Of a DNA stretch of 54,590 nt, positions 52,526-54,590 are shown in pieces. Every line of letters begins with the position of its first letter. Within the stretch, counting starts at the first letter, position 1. The notes under the pieces were generated by a model. The model was not told the DNA's origin and did no database searches. It was given only the letters and a program-made list of their open reading frames with translations. This stretch comes from a virus (Duplodnaviria; Caudoviricetes): IMG/VR virus record IMGVR_UViG_3300043443_000432, positions 1 through 54,590 of that record. One strand, given 5' to 3'. The position numbers and the translations under genes are program-made.

Positions 52526-54590
52526 GAAGGCCGCGGCTGACTGCGTTTGATGTCCGGAAAAGCCGCCGACAAATGCCGTCCAAACGTCACTTTTGTGCCC
52601 GCGTGATCCCGGCCTTGAGCCTCGCACCACTTCTTCCAGGCCTTGAAAAGCTCCCCGCGATCGACCTGCGCCTGCTCGCTGAGAACGCACATCTCGTCCA
52701 CAAAAGCCCGGATCGGGCTGGTCTGATCGACCAGGTCGGAGGCCAGCTCGTCGGCTGATTTGGGCCGCTGGAAGTACCCGCGCTGGTTGAGCCGGGTCAA
52801 GCCTTCGAGGGCCCACAGGACGATGCCAGGCAGCTCTTTTAGCAACCGGGCGGTAAGGCCATGGTCTTCCTTGCCCAGAAAGCTCGTGTTGAACTTGAAG
52901 GGCAAAAAACGGTTCGCCAGGGCGGCGGAGGCGTCGGAGAAAGCCGGCAGCTCGTTAGAGGCCAGCACGAAGCGGATGGCCATCTTGCCAGACCATGCGG
53001 TCATGTTCTTTCGGTCGATCGTGATGGTGTCCTCGCCGGATATTCTCAACAGGTTTTCCACAATCGGTTGCTGGTCCGCGCGGCCGGACAAACGGGCGTC
53101 CGAAATCATGGCCAGGCGCTTGCCGATCAGGGGCTGCAGGCCGAATTGCGTGCCGATGGACGCCAGACTCGGGCTCACCCGGTTGGCATATCCAACCAGG
53201 GCCTCCAGGACGCGCAGGATCGTGCCCTTGCCGCAACGGGGTGGGCCGATCAGCATGAACATCTTTTGCTGGCTTGTGTCGTCGGTCAGGAGGTAGCCAA
53301 AAACCTCGGCCAGCGTGCTGATGGACTCGGGGTCGTCGGGCCACAGGCTGTGCAGAAATTTCAGCCACTCAGCGGGCTCGTTGGCGCTTGGGTCGTAGTC
53401 GAAGTCCAGGCTCGAGATGCAAAAAAGCCGGTCGGTGGACGGCATGATGGTGCGCGTCGGATGGTGCAAGAACCCGTTTTGGAAGGCCACGATCTCGTGC
53501 GCGGGAAAGTCCGTGGGCTTTGGATCGATCCAGACCTGGGGCTCGGGCAGATCGGCGTAGCAGACCGCGCGCAAGGCGTGGGCGACGTCGTTGACGGTTG
53601 AGGTTTTGGGGTTGAACGCCACGGTCTCTGAGAGCTTCGTTTTTGGGTCGGTCCGAAGCGTCACGCACCGTGCCATGAAATGGTACAGCCGCTGATCGAT
53701 ATATACCCGGTCCCGGGTGACGTAGCGGGTGGTGTCCCAGCTGTAGAACTCCCCCCGCCAGTGGATGATGCGACCCTTCTCGGGCAGCGTCTCGTGGAAA
53801 AGCTCCGCCGTTTTCATAGGCGAGCTCGAGAAAATCATCGGCTGGTCATAGGTGTCCGGCGGTATATCGTCCGGCCCATCGTTGGGTGAGGGCTCGAATA
53901 TGGGGGCGTCGTCCTCGAAATATGGGGGCGAATATAGGGGCTCCTCGATTTCGGGGTCCGGCTCGGGAGGAGGTTCTGGGGGTGGCTCATCCGGTGAGCC
54001 TGCCTTAAGGATTGAATCCTCGACCGCCATCAGGCCCTCGGCCACGTGCAGGTCGTTGAAGTCGGTACCGGTACCGCGATCGCCCGACCACAAGGGGATG
54101 GCCAGAAGGGCGCCGGTGGCCTTGGCGGCCTTGCGTGCGTGGGTCACGCCCGGGTTGCCTTTGGTCTGAAAGTCGTCGTCTGCGGCAATGATGAGCCGCA
54201 CATCGGGCAGCGCCGCGCGGATCTTCAGGGCGACGTTTTCCAGGTTTCCGGCGTGGAAGGCCACCACGGTGCAGTAGTCTGTGGCCATGCGAATCGAGCA
54301 GCAGGTCGCCCAGCCCTCGGCGATCACCACGGTGTCTTTGGGCTTGCCTAAAACAGTGTATGCTCCGGCAGAGGGCGTTCCTTGAAGGAATTTCTTTGTC
54401 CCGTCGGATTTGATGCGCTGCAGTCCGACCAGATTTCCGGGGCCGTGGCGCATCGGAATCAGGAGCTCATCGCCCAGCATCCGGGCGCCTTCGGGGGTGA
54501 TTTGCTTGCGCGGCGGGTACGGGTGACCAGACGGGTCGACGGCGCGGGCCCACATCTCTGCGGCCTTCGTTGCCGCTGCCTCCCGCTCTC
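52408..54590 (-). CDS. Primase/helicase C-terminal part (Toprim + D5/P4-alpha SF3 helicase + probable winged helix)
   Basis: IAEGWAT, IIAADDD and TDFND (Toprim); GPPRCGKGT, ISD and ASNELP (SF3). The N-terminus continues at 1..785. Confidence 0.93.
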   Translation of the reverse strand, partial: EREAAATKAAEMWARAVDPSGHPYPPRKQITPEGARMLGDELLIPMRHGPGNLVGLQRIKSDGTKKFLQGTPSAGAYTVLGKPKDTVVIAEGWATCCSIRMATDYCTVVAFHAGNLENVALKIRAALPDVRLIIAADDDFQTKGNPGVTHARKAAKATGALLAIPLWSGDRGTGTDFNDLHVAEGLMAVEDSILKAGSPDEPPPEPPPEPDPEIEEPLYSPPYFEDDAPIFEPSPNDGPDDIPPDTYDQPMIFSSSPMKTAELFHETLPEKGRIIHWRGEFYSWDTTRYVTRDRVYIDQRLYHFMARCVTLRTDPKTKLSETVAFNPKTSTVNDVAHALRAVCYADLPEPQVWIDPKPTDFPAHEIVAFQNGFLHHPTRTIMPSTDRLFCISSLDFDYDPSANEPAEWLKFLHSLWPDDPESISTLAEVFGYLLTDDTSQQKMFMLIGPPRCGKGTILRVLEALVGYANRVSPSLASIGTQFGLQPLIGKRLAMISDARLSGRADQQPIVENLLRISGEDTITIDRKNMTAWSGKMAIRFVLASNELPAFSDASAALANRFLPFKFNTSFLGKEDHGLTARLLKELPGIVLWALEGLTRLNQRGYFQRPKSADELASDLVDQTSPIRAFVDEMCVLSEQAQVDRGELFKAWKKWCEAQGRDHAGTKVTFGRHLSAAFPDIKRSQPRPSGTGSGGEESCATDGSGTRLNLYTGVRLRHDWESDGEPF
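54212..54590. repeat. Terminal overlap, copy 2 (matches 1-379)
   Basis: Direct alignment. Confidence 0.97.

Overview
The window is an apparently complete, circularly permuted tailed-phage genome of about 54,211 bp. Positions 1-379 are repeated at 54212-54590 with 10 mismatches, and the break falls inside the primase-helicase gene. The virion genes look podovirus-like: tail adaptor/nozzle-type genes, fibres and ejection proteins, with no tape measure or sheath. Layout: (i) a leftward replication arm (Cro-like HTH, SF2 helicase, VRR-NUC nuclease, PriCT2-Toprim-SF3 primase/helicase, iteron-rich putative origin); (ii) a rightward arm of many small translationally coupled genes, plus a Rap1a/Tai-like protein, YqaJ exonuclease, RecT and YfdP/YfdQ-like genes; (iii) a leftward late arm (ParB-methyltransferase, TerS, TerL, portal, GroES-like, scaffold, Mu gpT-like capsid, tail, lysis and ejection genes). 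I recognised no integrase, CI repressor, DNA polymerase, tRNA or CRISPR. The most notable signal is a shared [YFLM]-[ASK]-x-G-G motif, found 17 times in four late proteins. One of them is a JAB/MPN-like metalloprotease (a family that cuts after Gly-Gly). Another is a 1441-aa polyprotein-like protein holding a PcfJ-like domain, an internal copy of an ejection-protein module and an HExxH domain. Several structured intergenic RNA candidates are also present. All family calls are from motif recognition by eye; no searches were run.
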